This document shows positions 47,480 through 63,282 of a stretch of 64,000 bases of DNA, one piece after another (positions within the stretch are counted from its first letter, which is position 1; each line of letters opens with the position of its first letter). The notes beneath the pieces are model-generated. The model made no database searches. It was not told the DNA's origin and saw only the letters and a program-made list of their open reading frames with translations. Origin of the DNA: Eledone cirrhosa (lineage: Eukaryota); assembly GCA_964016885.1 (NCBI GenBank), contig OZ024747.1, forward strand, positions 39,742,001-39,806,000, read 5' to 3'. Made by a program: the position numbers and the translations under genes.

Positions 47480-49679
47480 ACCCGATGGCCCCTACTCATG
47501 AGAAACCGAAGATAATTAACCTTTCAAAGATATCACTAAAACACAAATTAACATATTAAGGGGCTGAAATTTACACCCACACCACAAAAATCTAACTTCC
47601 CCGAAATGAAAGATGACATGATGGAATTCTGCTGAAAACTCAGACTAATAGAATACTTCTACAATGACACCAACAATGAAGAGGAATCAATAGCCAGAAA
47701 CAAAAGTGATTTCTGCCCACAGAAAGGAAGGAACACAGCACAGGACACCTACTGCGAACACACCATCAACTTTCCCTATGGACAAATTGCAAGCAAACAG
47801 ACGAAATCGAATCTCTCTAAACACGAATGGAAAGAATTATTCGCACGTCGAGATAACACTGAAATAACCACCAAAGAAGCTGATACAGGTATTACTGACT
47901 ACTATAGAGAGCTGGCACTTCAAATCTTACACGAGAACAAGTACTACGAAAAAATAGAAAACTACAAACAAACTAAAACAATGTGGAATCTCCTAGCATT
48001 GCTACAAAAATACCGCAATAGCCTAACCACAAAAGAATTTGATTACATAAACCATTTCAAACGTAATACAAGAGTTTTCTGCAGCTTACCGAAGATCCAC
48101 AAATGTAAACTCCTAAACGATGCATGTGACACTTCGACTAACAAATACATACATTTAACAGCACCAGAAGACTTAAAACTTAGACCAATTATAGCTGTTT
48201 GAAACCAACAGACTTAGCAACTTTCTGGACATCATACTGAAACCCTTAATAAAACACATACAGAGCTACATACGTAATGATCTTGATATGCTGAACCACC
48301 TACCCAAAACAGTAAGTGAAAACATTATTCTTGTCTCCTTTGACGTAGTAAAACTTTACACTAACAAACCCCATAACTATGGAATAACGGCAATCCAGTA
48401 CTGGCTAGACACTCACCAATCTGAAAAACCAACACGCATCAACAAAAACTGTATTATTGATGGACTCCGATTTATCTTACAGAATAATTTTGTTTACTTT
48501 CAATGACTCAACATACCGACAAATCTCAGATACTGCAATGGGCACAAAGGTAGCCCCCACATACGCCAACTTTGTCATGGGATTCCACGAACAACAAATC
48601 TACATCCAATCCCTTTTATTATTCAGAGACTCTTTCCTTAAACTTCTTAGAAATAATTGGAAGAGATACCTAGACGATTGCTTTATACTATGGCAGGAAG
48701 ACATGAATACACTCACTCCTTTCAAAAATATGATAAACAACATTACCAATAACATACAATTTACAATGGAATCCAACTCCAAGGAATTAGTCTTCTTGGA
48801 TATCCTTATATTAAAAACAGATGGGGAAATAGAAACAGACAGTACCTCCTCGTTACATCAAATCACCCAAAACATACAAAACTTAACATCTCTTTTAATA
48901 TAGCCAAACGTATATATGCACCATAGTATCAGACCCAGCTAAACTGGAACAAAGGCTAGATGAACTAAAAAAAACACTCACCTTAAGAGCTTTCCCATTT
49001 GACATAATTAATAACAGAATAGACGGAGCAAAACACGCAAATTTTCATCAACCCAACAACCCAAAGCACAGAGCCACAAACAATACCTTACCATATGTAT
49101 CCACGTTTAACCCCAGAAATACCGAAATGTTCAACCGCCTACACAAAAACCTCCCCATTCTATTTAAAAATAAAAGAATGAAAAAAATCCTAGAAATACA
49201 AAAGATCATCAAAAGTAAAAGGCAACCCAAATCACTAAAACACATTCTCACTGGAACAAATATACACAAACCAATCTCCAACCTTACGGTAACAAAATAC
49301 AGAAGAACAAACAGTGGCACATGCTATACTTCATTGAAGGACAACATTTTTTACAAACTTTTACAGTGAAAAACAACTTCACTTGTAACTCTGAGAACAG
49401 GATCTACATAATCACATGCGACGGATTTCGATATAACTACATAGGACAGACGGGTTTGTCATTACGCAAAATAATGACCCTCCATCGCCAACAAATCCGA
49501 GACGTAAGCACAAGAAAAATCCCCTTAAGTAGCCATATTGCAGATTGTGCAGGAATTACCCTACCAAACTTTAAAACCTCCCCCTTTTACAAATGCCTCG
49601 TTTCTATCATTCAACAACAAAGAATAAATAAAGAAAAACTATTTATTAACCAATTTAAATATGTAATGACCCCTATCAG

Positions 49680-49680
<1 letters not shown>
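47480..49680 (+). mobile_element. Penelope-like element (Neptune-type RT plus GIY-YIG endonuclease), decayed
   Basis: KGLKFTPT, LPKIHK, LRPII, LVSFDVVKLYTN, AMGTKVAPTYAN, WKRYLDDCF, FLDILI and the GIY-YIG segment IYIITC..YIGQTG..H. Multiple frameshifts. Confidence 0.92.
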
Positions 49681-49737
<57 letters not shown>

Positions 49738-50914
49738 ACACACACATGTACACACACACACACACATACACACACACCACGAAATAAGACAGAAAATATT
49801 GCTCATCATACACATTTTCTTTTTTTAATCTTCCCATCAAAAAGGAACCTCTGACAGACAGGTTGAAGCACACACACGCCCCCCCCCCCCCCCACATGTG
49901 TGTATTTTTATATATACAGTCTCACATGTTCACACTCACACGCTCTAAAACCATATCCCCAAAATAGAATTTCTTTTACAACCCTACTGTTGCCAATCCC
50001 ATAGAATTTGTTTCTATCTGAACTCTTGACCAGTCCATTAACACAATTGAGATACACATGTATTTACAGAATATTTCTTTTGTCCCTAAAAACAATTTTA
50101 TTCTGTGAAGAAACACACCTACCAACACTGCTGCTGTTACTACCACCTCTCTCTATACACATGAGTTCATTTTCCAGTCTCCTTCTCAACAAGGAAGATG
50201 AAAAACTTACCTCAACACTTAATTTTAAATCTTTAATTGTTAGTTTTTAATCCTTATTAATTCTTTTTAATTGTAATACTCAACATTTTATAAGATGAAG
50301 ATGAATTTTAAATAATACATTGAAACCAGTAATACTTTACATACTTTATATAAAACTCTTCTTTTTTTAAAAGAATTGTCCCTTTCATTCTTTCAATAAT
50401 GTCACTTTAACGAATCAAAGAAAGGAAAAAAAAGAAAAACAGACCCTTAATTACATTTTCAGTGCTATTTCCAATTTCACCTTCTCTCTCTCTCTCTCCT
50501 CTCGCTCTCTCTATCTCTAAATATATATATATACATGCATTCATTTATGATGGGCATTGATGAGCTTGGTCTCTCTCAAGTTTCACCTGCGCACTCACAG
50601 TATCATCAGTGTATGATGGTCCTGCGAGTACGCAAGTGAGACTCCAGAGAAACATGGCTTAGCCATAATAAATACTTCGGTATTGAGTTTTCATTCTTAC
50701 ATCCGTCAATAATACACGTACTCTCAAGTCTTGAATAATAGCTCCCACCATCACCACCACCACCACCACACCGCTTATTAATTTGTCAGATCCCCCACCC
50801 AGTTTTATTCCACCGGCACCCACCACCCACTTATTAAATTTTTCTAATCTATCTCCGACCGAAATGTTGTTGTTAGTGATTTATATTGATTCACCAGCTG
50901 GATAATTTAATAAT

Positions 50915-51007
50915 TGTTTCTACTTTTGGCACAAGGCTAGCAATTATCCCAGTGTATTACTGATACTTTATTTTATCGACACCGTAAGGATGAAAGGCAA
51001 AGTTGAC
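50915..51007 (-). mobile_element. 5'-truncated SINE family A with 17-bp TSD
   Basis: TSD ctggataatttaataat at 50898-50914 and 51008-51024. Confidence 0.92.
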
Positions 51008-51159
51008 CTGGATAATTTAATAATGATTTTACTTTACATTAAAAAAAACATTATATTATGACAAAAGAAGAACATTACAAGAACGCCCATATTTACGAAC
51101 GTACACTGTACAATTACTGATTTCCCAAGCCAACCCCTCCTATTATTTGGGACCCGAGA

Positions 51160-51670
51160 GTACCACCAAACTCGCCTCCTCTCTATGTCTATCTCATAAA
51201 ACTCTCTTTTAACACCCCCCCCCCTCTATATATCTACTACCCGGAACTATCTTCCAATCCCCCTCTATATAACAATTGACACCAAACTCTCCCCCTCTCT
51301 GTATCTACTACACGGAACTCTCTTCCTATCTCCCTCTATATATCAATAAACATCAATCTCTCCCTCTCTCTATATCTATCAATATCTAACTCTATGAACT
51401 CTCACTCTATTCATTACCCCCCCCCCCCCCCACCCCACCCTTATATCTATTACACGGAACACAATCCAACACTCCTCTCTATATCAATTAACACCAAAAT
51501 ATCCACTCTATATATCAACTACACGGAACTCTCTTCCAATCCCCCTCTATATATCAATAAACATCAATCTCCCCCGCCACCTATATCTACTAAACGGAAC
51601 TCTCTTCCAATCCCCCTCCCTATATCTATATCTGTCTCTCACAACTGTCTCTACATAACATGTACATAAA
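51160..51670. repeat. Internal tandem array of the MITE-like family seen at 1030-1559, truncated
   Basis: Repeats of ctctatatatctactacacggaactctcttccaatcccc, ending ctacataacatgtacataaa. Confidence 0.75.
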
Positions 51671-52710
51671 TACTTCCAACTTTTATTTATGGAATATATC
51701 ATGTAAATAGAGTTTAATAGAAAAAGAAAGAAAAAAGAAAATTTAGATTGAGAAGAATGGAATGTAAAATAGGAAACTATAGAGAAAAAAGAGAATAAGA
51801 ATGAAAAACACGGGAAGGGTAAGGAATGGCAAGGATTGTGTCACAGAGAAAGAGGAGGGTGAAGGGAAGGAGGATTGCGCTCTGGGCCTTGGGCGCGGCG
51901 GTGGAGGGGCAGCGCCCAGCGTGTGTTTTGGTAGTTTTGGGAGAAAAATATAATAATTTGGTGGGCCAGCACCCCAACACACACACGTACTCACCCCACC
52001 CCCAGGTATCCCCTCCCCGAGGTCCACCAACCCTGATAGTTCCTTTACTTCCTTTAAAAATAAAAGTTTGTTTTCATTGATATCGATATCGAGATTGTTT
52101 TGTATTTTTGTTCTCCATTTGTTTTCCTTTTTCTTAATTAATTTCCCACTCATTTCTAATGATATCCTTTCCCACTGTAAATTATTGATGTTTCTTTAGG
52201 TTTTAGTATATTTCTCTTTGGAACTAGTATCTTTTTCATGTTATTTCATGAAGTGTTTAACAAGGCTAAGATGTGGTTATGTGTGAACATGTGCATATCA
52301 ATCAAGTCGTCTCTGCACATGAAACTTATCAACGTCTCTGAATGAATGAATAACAAATCAAAGATTGTATATTTTTATCTCTTACTCGTGTCCATAGAAA
52401 TCAACAGCAAGCAGCAACAGTTTCATTGTATGAGAAATGTATAAACATATCTCAGTTGACTCTCATGACCTGGCATATTGTTCTCTCTGATATCATCTTA
52501 ATTTTGGCACCATTTTATTATAGGAAGCATGTCACAAAAATAATTTCACATACGTTTTTGCTATATCACTTGATGTTGTTTTTTGTGTCTATTTCTTTCC
52601 TCTCTGAGTGTGATTGAAGATAATAAAATCTGTCAAGAAAAACGTCTTAACATTCTTCACATAAAATATGCATTCAGATCACGAATATACGTTATTTCTG
52701 AGATTATACA

Positions 52711-52750
<40 letters not shown>

Positions 52751-54029
52751 AATGCTTGTGTGTGTGTACAATTATATGCGTCTGCATATATGTATTTACA
52801 TGTATTTAAAGAGGAAGAGAGAGAGAGAGATGGGGTGGGGAGAGGGAGAGGATACATGCTACAACACCATTCCAGATACTATTGAATTTCAGATTAATTA
52901 AGAAGTTAGTACATGTCACTTTAAAATCTATATAAATATGACACAAAGGACAAAAGTGCCAATTACTGATAGCTAGGGTTTTGTGGCACAACTGTTTCAA
53001 ATTTGTCTTGACGAAATAACACTGTTGGCAGTTTAGAAGCTGGTGTCTTTCAGAACTCACCTATGCGAAAGATTTAGTTGCAGAGACTGCTGAAGAACTG
53101 AAAATTACAACAAAACAAAACCAAGGTTTTCAACAGCGTTCTTCCTTTTCAACGCGTTTTTCCTTCCGAGCTAGATAGGCCAAATTAGTTGTCAAGTACT
53201 ACGGTAGGTTTAATCGTCATTCCGCTTGTCCTAAATTTCTTGACATTGTGACAACGTAAGAAGGAATTACACGCTTGTAACATTGGTTCCTTTCATCCAA
53301 GTCACTGAAATCATTTCAGAGATGTATTTGTAATATTGAATTCTATGAATTAATTTTTTCGTTACCATATTGTGAATGAAATACACTGTATTTCAGTTAA
53401 TTTTTGAAGAATTCTCGGGGACGTAGAAAAGTTATTAAATATTTCAATATTAAAATATTCTTTGTAGCATAATTTATCAAAAGATTTGTTTTTATAAATA
53501 TCAAGTTGGAAGATCTTAATTTAAATAGGAACACATTGAAGTGGATCGTTGTATTTCATAAATCCAGAGGCGGCTTGGAGCGAGTTAGGATCAACTGTAT
53601 TTAATAATTATATCTCATATAAACGGTGCCTTTACTATTTGTGTATGAATGCTTAGATATTGTTAGTGTGCATTTATATGATAGACCCTCTTTCCGGTAA
53701 ATGAATGTAAAACTCGTAAATAAACGCATAATGGGTTAAGTATTCCACATTAACGTGTACCTTTAACGTAATCCAGACAGAATCAGTGTAACACAGCGTG
53801 TGAGGATACAATTCATGGGACGGACGTCCAAATAATTTTCGTTTACCCAGTTAAACGCAGAAGGCTTGGAACGAACCAAGAACTTCATGAATATGAAGTG
53901 AACTTATTAACCACTCAGGCATCAATACTCATGCACACGCACAAACAGGGCAACGCTCACACATGCACACATATACATGTACACACACATAAACACACAC
54001 AGATAAGTTAATCTACATATATGGGATTA

Positions 54030-54265
54030 TCTCTAAAGTCTAAAGTTGGCCGGTGCTTATCCCAGTTTCATGGCGTGAAGCGACTGAGAGTACAAGACTT
54101 CCCCCTGGACAGGACGCCAGTCCATCGCAGGGTTAAACCTCCAGCTATTGATGCTACTCATTTTCAGCTGAGTAAACTGGAACATCGTGAAATGAAGTGT
54201 TTTGCTCAAGAACACAACACGCAACCCAGGAATCGAGCCCACGACATTATGATCGTAAGTCCAAC
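54030..54265 (-). mobile_element. SINE family B
   Basis: Reverse complement has gggctcgattcctggg, gtgttcttgagcaaaacactt and matches 21500-21770. Confidence 0.75.
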
Positions 54266-54585
54266 AATGGGATTATGATATGGCAACTAATAGAAGGATC
54301 CTAGTATTAACTATGCTAAATAAACATACAAAGATATAGACTTACATATACGTTTCTCGTATATACAGACTTGACAGAAATTTATACGCATATCATAAGT
54401 TTATAGCGATACTTCCCAATGTTCCATGTTCGCTCCATTACATAAGTGTGTTTATGTGAGAATGTAGGTTTATGTGTCTATGTGCGAGATTTTAGGTTTA
54501 TTTATTGTGTGCGGTGTATTTGTCTTGGTTTGATTGTGCGCGTGTGTGTGTGTGTGTATGTGTGTGTATGTGCGTGTGCGTGTGC

Positions 54586-54650
<65 letters not shown>

Positions 54651-55117
54651 GGCGCCCGTGCATAGAAGAAAATCCATTGATTTACAGTTGGTTAAAAACT
54701 TCTGATCGTCTGCAAAGTTGTAGTATCATCACAACCAAATCTGAAAATAGTTGACGTGAAAAAGAAAGAAGACTCTATACGCTTCAGATACTTCAACGAA
54801 TTGGCTCTATTCATTGTTGTAACGGATTAGATAAGTATGTAACGCTTGTCCGATGATTTTCAATGGGGAAAGCATTTTTCTCTCTCTCGATTCAACTGTT
54901 CGTATTACTAAATAGGAAAGAAATCTATTGCAGTGTAATTGATACTATCGTTCTTGATCTTAAATACCTTTTTTCATTCCATCTTTCGCTGTGGATATGA
55001 TGAAAAGACTTACGTTTTGGTCTATTGTAAGAAAACGGTTAGCATTTTCATGACAATATGGCAACTACTACATATAACAAGGTATAGGAGATGTGCACAC
55101 ACACAGGCACACTTAAG

Positions 55118-55800
<683 letters not shown>

Positions 55801-56053
55801 ATATTTCGGTGAATGTGTCTGTATGAGTCTCCGTTGTGTTAGTGTATGTAAATGTGGTTTAGTCTGCAATTGACAGCAGTAAAGACTGATATCAATATCG
55901 CCGAGTCTCCAGCGATATTAACCTGTCCTTTTTTCCTAAGTAAATGTATGGACAAGCACGTTGATTGTTTGCTTCACTGCTCACAGAAGTTGCAGCAACT
56001 ACACACCTATAAACAGACAACACACATGTATGCATACGCATACATACACACAC

Positions 56054-56169
<116 letters not shown>

Positions 56170-56268
56170 AAAAAGTTAAGTAGATAATAGTGAATATGTT
56201 ATATTTAAATGCCTCATTTTATCCCCTTGCTCTACACAGAGGATATATGTGTGATGCAAAGCTACATA

Positions 56269-56330
<62 letters not shown>

Positions 56331-56560
56331 CGTATGTGTGTGTGTGTGAAACGCGTGTAGTGTGAGTGTGCAATATATCTATGTATGTATAAATGTATAG
56401 AGAGAATTACAGGTAGTAGGTGTATGAATGTATCAAGAGAGAAACTGAGCACCTTGTCGTTTTATGTTTTACTTCATTTCTCTAAATACTTTTTCGTCAT
56501 TCTTGAATACCCGAAACGTAATCGGCTTTAATTCGTTCTTATTATCATATTCCTAAAGTT

Positions 56561-56591
<31 letters not shown>

Positions 56592-56999
56592 GCTTGTCCA
56601 TATGTATGTGTAACTGTGTATACTTGTCACTTATGTGTGTGAGACGCTGCGGACATGTTTTCTTCTAACCCCTTCTTCTCTAACATCAACCTTCTAGCTT
56701 TATCGCGGAATACATACGATCAGCAGAAACATTAACTCTCCTAAAGTCATTCAAGCCACAATTTTACGACTATGGTCATCAACACTTCAGACCATCCTCC
56801 ACTAATACTTTCCATTTCTATAATATCTACCACTTTTCCCAGCGTCACACCACAACATCGTCACTTATAACCAGCACGATAACTTACATCACACAGCATC
56901 GAAACCAGGCCTTTCCAAACTATACAAATGCCACCCCTCTTTTTAAAAATAAATTTGTTGCAGCCTTTTAGTAAATGTAATTCGTTCCGTCATTATTTT

Positions 57000-57186
57000 G
57001 ATTGACAGTATCGGTAGAGGGTCGGACGCCATGCTTTGACTCATAGAATTACGGCCCTTTCCAATCTGAGTTCAAATCCCGCTAAGGTTAACTTTGCCTT
57101 TCATCCTTACGGGGTCGATAAAATAAAGTACCAGTATGGTACTGAGTGATTGCTTGCCTTGTGCCAAAAAGTGGAAGCAATTATTA
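57000..57186 (+). mobile_element. SINE family A
   Basis: A-box, B-box, core and tail. Confidence 0.9.
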
Positions 57187-58579
57187 TGACGGAATTTCTC
57201 AGCACGTTTATTATGAAACTTTGCAATAACCAGCAAATAAGATTGCTAAACTGCGAATACAAAATATAAATAAAACACTGCTTAATTTCCCGCGTTGTCT
57301 TAAAACCAAAGGAACCACTGGCTAATATTGTTTCACGTGGACGTGTGACCTGCTAAAATTAGAAACTAAATCCCTCTTAAAAGCGGCCTAGCTATCATAA
57401 AAAAGAAAGAAAACATGATTTAATCCAAGCAAATGTTCACAATATGGGTAAGGTCAACAACGCCACTAATAAAAAATGATTATTACAACAATTATCACAA
57501 CCAACACTTATCATTATTGTAATACTACCAAACTCAGAAACTCAGAAACCATTATTATAATACTACCAACATATTATAATACTACCTCACAGCCATAGTA
57601 CCCCGACAGATTTAACACTGTTAAACACTAATTTCTCCTGGATAGTTTACTCATATTCGTTGTTTCAGTTCCAAATATTTCGGCTGTTGTTCTTTTGGCC
57701 TTCTTCAGGTAACGATATAAAAATGACTATGTCCAGATACAAAAATTACTTCCTAAACTGCGAATCGAACTTCACCTTCTGCAGAATCATTGTTTGCTTC
57801 GGTTAAAGAAATATACGAAGTCAGTGATCCAACATAGCAACACTCCATTCATAGCCCAAAACGAACGAAAGAACAAGGGAAATGAGCAAAATTAAAGAAA
57901 TGAGATAGCTCAAAATCAAAGGAAACAAGTCATAAAATGTATCGCGGAAACGACATCATACTGGTGACATCTCATTTGAGATTGTGATGCATCAGCCTGG
58001 TCGTAATCCAATGGCCACTAATAGCAAAATAATGAATTAAAATTAAATATGGAGGGGAGGACAGAGAATCCAATAAGAGAACTTTATAAATACAAAAGGC
58101 ATGCAAATGTAATATAGCGAGAAGGAAAGAAAGAGAGAACTGAAGAGAAGTTAAAGAAACCATGGAAGAAAGCTAGCAAAAATAAGAAAGAAAGTAAAAA
58201 ATAATCCTAGGTAGAAATGTAGGGGATAAAAGAGCGAGATAATGTACGAAACAGAGAGTGAATATAAAGAAAGACACAAACAATAAAAAAGCTTAAGAAA
58301 AAAATTTGAAACCATTGACCATTCCTTCCGGTTCTATCCACCGATTATCTCTTCTTAATATTTAATCAATCAGTTTGAAAAATTGCAATTTCATTCCGTA
58401 TATTAACGATTTTAGAGGAGACATTGGCGGAAAACATCATTTTGAAAACTTTTTCAAAAATTGTTATGTGGCGTCATTTGAGGGAATGAAGGAGAGTATT
58501 TATTCCTATCATTTTCTGATTAGTATTATTATTCGTCTCTTTTATAAATTACTCGTATTTTAGGTCGCGTTCATGTGAC

Positions 58580-58860
58580 TGCCTCCACCACCACTGCCAT
58601 CCTGATCATCACCATCAACATTTTCTTCATCATCATCATCATCATTTTCTCCGTCTTCTCCTTCATCTTCTCCTTATTTATCTTCGTCTTCTTTTTCTTC
58701 TTCCTCTTCTACTTCTACTTTTTCTTCTCCTACTTCTCCTTCTTCTCCTTCTCCTTCTTCTCCTTTTTCTTCTTCATCTACTTCTTCGTCTTCTCTTCCT
58801 CCCCTCATCTTCCACCTCCTCCTCCGCCTCCTCCTCCCCTCCACCTCCTTCTTTTTCGTC
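58580..58860. repeat. Degenerate (CAT)n/(CTT)n/(CCT)n trinucleotide tract
   Basis: Seen directly. Confidence 0.9.
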
Positions 58861-58989
58861 ATAGGCTCACACATATTGCCATCATTTTCCAAAGCCCCTC
58901 CACAATCACTTTCCCACTTGTTTCTCGTCAGAATGCTATATCACTGGAATCCCTTAGGCGGCGGCAAGCACATCCAGCCGTGTGAATGA

Positions 58990-59900
58990 CATTTGTTTTG
59001 AAGTGTCTATAAATGGCACTCTCACAACCCTTTTGCCTCGACCAAATCTCCAACTGAAGGAAATAAAACGTTTCATATTCTGGTAATTTCTCGTTTGATT
59101 TATTAGGAGAGTTTCCCAGTTTTGTGACTCCATTAAAGAAATGTGTTCGAAGTCTGTACATTGACGTATCTCAGGTTCGACTTGATGTATCAAGGTTTGT
59201 GTAGGTAATGAATGTATCCGACGTTTAAGCAGTGGGAAAGAATAATGTCATCCATACATGAGTCAGCGTTGCTAGAGATGATATTGAGAAGGTTGTTTAT
59301 GTAGAGTATGAGGAGTTTGAGAAACAACACTACCATGACTTGTGGTATTAATAAGAGCCTTGTAAATACAAGTCACAACTGATCGATCTGACAAGATTCC
59401 AATTCAAGATAAAAGAGATGCAGTTTAGTTAGGATATTTTCTTCTAAAATCTTTGCTGACATCACATAGAACTTCTTTCATCAAACAACTCAGTAGCAAG
59501 AGCTCTTGATGGTGGATAACACAAGACAATAGGTCACCTAAAGACCTTTATCCACACAAGTCATTTCGAAACCAACGTAAAAAGGAAAATAACTGAATGA
59601 ATGTGTTTGAGGAGTTGATTTTTGTCGATTGTTTCTATGAAGTCGAGGGCGAGGATAATGTTTCAGTAGTCAGCTATGTTGTTTGCCTATCACGAAAATC
59701 CCTGCACAAATTTGTAATGGGGAGGCATGTTGTTACATGACTGCCTGTTCATTCCATCTTTACATATGTAGGTTTTTCTAGCAGATTTCAATTTGTGTGC
59801 AAGTTTGTATTAGGTCTAGAAAAAGTGATGAACATCACAACTTTCCATCTTCTGATATTGGGAATATCATTTGTGACTATTTGAGAAAGTGTTATTGAAT
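58990..59900 (-). pseudogene. Degraded CR1-type LINE fragment
   Basis: RTHFFNGVTKLGNSP resembles the CR1 C-terminal RxxFFSxRVxxxWNxLP. Upstream LVWIK and YINNL remnants. Confidence 0.45.
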
Positions 59901-62900
59901 GCGTCTAAACTTAAAGTCAATATTGAATATTTAAAACTAAAAATGAAGAAAAGACAACCAAATAAAATAAAGTAATGTATGTGAAAGTTTTAATATTCTT
60001 TCCGCACGGAATGTTGATGAACTTTTCAGTTTAGGAGTAGGAAAGCATCCGGTGAGCAAATTAGCACAGGAAACGAAGAAAGCGAAAACATGAAAATAAA
60101 AGCGAGGTGAGAACGTGGTGTGGAAAATGGAAAAAATAGAAATATTAATAGAACTGATGAAATTTACAATAAATAAATAAATAAAATATAATATATAAAA
60201 TAAAATTAAAAAAATGCATACGGTGGTATACTTAAATGTGTGTCTAGGAGGATGCATCTACGTCTGCATGTATATTGAACATTATTGTCAGTTTTGATGA
60301 GAGAAAACTAATAACCAATATCGAGTTTTCTACAACAACCTAAACTATTACTTTGTATCTCATTCAAGTTTTTTTAGATGCAGACGAGAAAATATTCACT
60401 GTTATACTGCCTTCTATTGCTCTTAGTAGAAACCGTTCTTGCATATTTCATGAATAACTCATCGAATATTTTTGGCACAAATCTTTCTATTTTTGTTTAA
60501 ATCTTTCACAGATTTTTATTTTCTTTCGTATCATTTCAATACGACTGTTGAGATGAAAAACAATAGCAGCTAATTCTCAAAATGTTTAATATAATGAAAA
60601 CATTCCTCTTAATTATCCTTCAATTTAATATTGATGTAATTTATATAAAATCTTGTAGTCTTTCAATTAATATTTTACAGGTTTTATATTATTATTGTGT
60701 TATGACTGACTCAAATTGAATAAGACTTCTACATTTTAAGGGATTCAGATCAAAAGAGATTAAATTGTTGTAACGCTTTATACGTCTTCTGTGTCGATCA
60801 CTTCCAGCATTACTTCCTAAATGGGAACGTTTAATCATTATGCCTCGGGATCAATCTTACTGTACGATATCTGGGTAGCTGTAATTTACCATAGCCTCGA
60901 GGTGACCTATTGCTTGTGAATGAACTAGGTTGGTGGAAACTTCTTGGGAGCCCGTCGAATAGATTGTAATTGGAATTCAAAGGATAAACGTCATGGTAGA
61001 ATCCTTAGCCATGTATACCTTAACACGATGAGCAGGCTGTTCTCTAGGACGTGAATGTCTATTAATGTATTTTTCAATACTTCACTGGGTGTCGGAGTAT
61101 ATTTCTGCCCTTTTACATTCTGAGTTCAAAACTCTCTGATGAAAATGTTACCGGTCATCATTCTGAGGTCGATAAAATAAAGTACCAGTCAAGTATTGGT
61201 GTCGATATAATTGACTTTGCCTTCCATCCTACGTTGCTGGTATTGTGCGAATATGAGAAGCCATTATTCTCTTTTACTAATAAATATGTTATTTTTATCC
61301 GTTGAAGGATTCTGTCGAATAAGTTATACTTTTCTTCATCACGGGTAAAGTCTATTCCATTTCGTAAACGTTTTATACATCCGACTTTTCGTTGCAGCTC
61401 ATTAATGGTTATCTCGTATTCTATTGTTTCGCTTTTACATAAAATAAATTACTGTCCAAGAATATATAACAAATACTACAAGCATTTGAATCAACAGCCC
61501 TGCAACCAATCACATTTCTTCTAGCATTAGTCAAAGCAAACTTCTACCAATACCATTAGAATATCTACCACTTTGGAAAATAATTTGCAATATTGGCGAA
61601 TCAGCAATTTTAGATAAAAGTAATTGCATAATGGCCGGAATGGCCGGCACCAGCAAAGAGCGACAGAGGTTTTTTTTTATTTGTCCTGCTAAGATTCCAA
61701 AGGTTGTTCTTAGATGAATGATGTTTTGATGTTAGTCGTACTTTAAACTATCCTCAACTTATATAGTTTCCATTAATCTGCTATTATTGATCATAATACA
61801 CTCCCCTCTCCGTCCTTACAATAAGCGTGCATTTAAGCAATGGTTGATAATGTCTTCTGAAACTAAGAAATGTTCGAAACGTGTTCAAGTATATACTTAG
61901 CCTATTAGTAGACCACTGACAATGCTATAAGTTAACTTTAGATCGCTCAATCATTTTCTGTAAAATAAAGAGATACTTCAAGCGTTTCCTTTGCAATTTA
62001 GATGAGTTTTATTTCTACGCTTTGTTGAAGGAAAATCCTATTGACAGGCAAAAGCGTGTAATTGCTTGGCGTTCTTTTACATAATGAAAGCTGTTTTATC
62101 CTCGAGCGCACCTGGTATTCTCTGAAAGGTGTTTCTGGATTTCAACTTGAGGGAAAGATATAGGCATTAGAGTCAATCGCAAAATATGTTTATATTTCTT
62201 TACGGAATTCAATCCTTAAACCTACGTTATTACATGAACACGAGGTGTAGTCGATACGTAATTCGAGTCCGGTCAGAAGGAATTGTCTCCAATTGACCCG
62301 GCTGGATTCCCAAGCAAGACCAGCCGAGCTCACGGATGATATCCAACCAGCTTGCTTGACGTCTGTCTGACCACGGATCACTTGCGGATTGGCTTTGCCC
62401 GTTATATTTCCAGTGATTTTTCCCTTAGACATTCTGTCCACATGTCCGTAGTATCAGAGCTATAGAACACTACTTGGGGCGACTCTTTGAACTCCGTGCT
62501 AAGAACTCAATAGTACGAAAACGTGTTACATGTGGTATTTTAGAAAAAAGTGCAGTTACATGTATGAATTTATATTTCCAGTAGAGTAGCTGCTGGTTGT
62601 CCATAAATGTTTTATTTTATCACTGATTTTGAAAAATATTGTTTACATCAATCAGTAAGACAGCTGGCCTCTATAACTGTTCATAATATTTATCTTCTAC
62701 ATCAAACAACGATATCAGACCCGATACGTTTGCATTTAGCTGATGTTTTGATATATATGGTTATGTGTAAGTAGTATTAGTAACACTGAATGTTGGAATG
62801 TATTATTATGCATTTGTGAATATGTGAAATAGCTGGCGTTTGTATAGAAAATTAGAATGAAATATGCGGTTAATTTCTAATTATCAAGGGAAGCAACTTA

Positions 62901-63100
62901 AATAGAATTCCAAATCTAATTTCGTATGTATTATTTTTCATCGTTTTTCTTTCTCGCTTTGCGATAGGTAAAGTTTTTTATTATAATTTGTGTATTTCTC
63001 TCCCATTCTTCTTTCTATTTCGTTTATTTTAATATAATTGCATAATTATGATTCATACTTTAGCTATATATTAGAATTCCATTACAATATTTACTAAATA

Positions 63101-63282
63101 CTTGTTTCTACTTTAGGCACAAGGCCAGCAATTACCCAGTGCATTACTGGTACTTTATTTTATCGACCCCGTAAGGATGAAAGGCAAAGTCACCCTCGGC
63201 GGGATTTGAACTCAGATCGTAAAGGGACGTAACTATGCTGGAAAGCATGGCGTCCGACCCTCCACCGATACTGCCAATCCAC
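63101..63282 (-). mobile_element. SINE family A
   Basis: Near-consensus copy; short flanking direct repeat actaaata (63093-63100 and 63283-63290). Confidence 0.92.

Noticed and set aside
51743-52330. GC-rich patch and 136-aa ORF, possibly the 3' end of another LINE
   Set aside because: It abuts the truncated MITE array and has a minus-strand AATAAA, but no diagnostic protein motif is readable.
58575-58985. Hydrophobic F/I-rich ORF and its E/K-rich antisense ORF
   Set aside because: Trinucleotide low-complexity repeat, not a membrane protein.
62190-62441. Possible host exon (83-aa minus-strand ORF)
   Set aside because: No convincing splice context or domain. It loosely resembles a decayed RTE C-terminus, as does 6918-7150, but is too weak to call.
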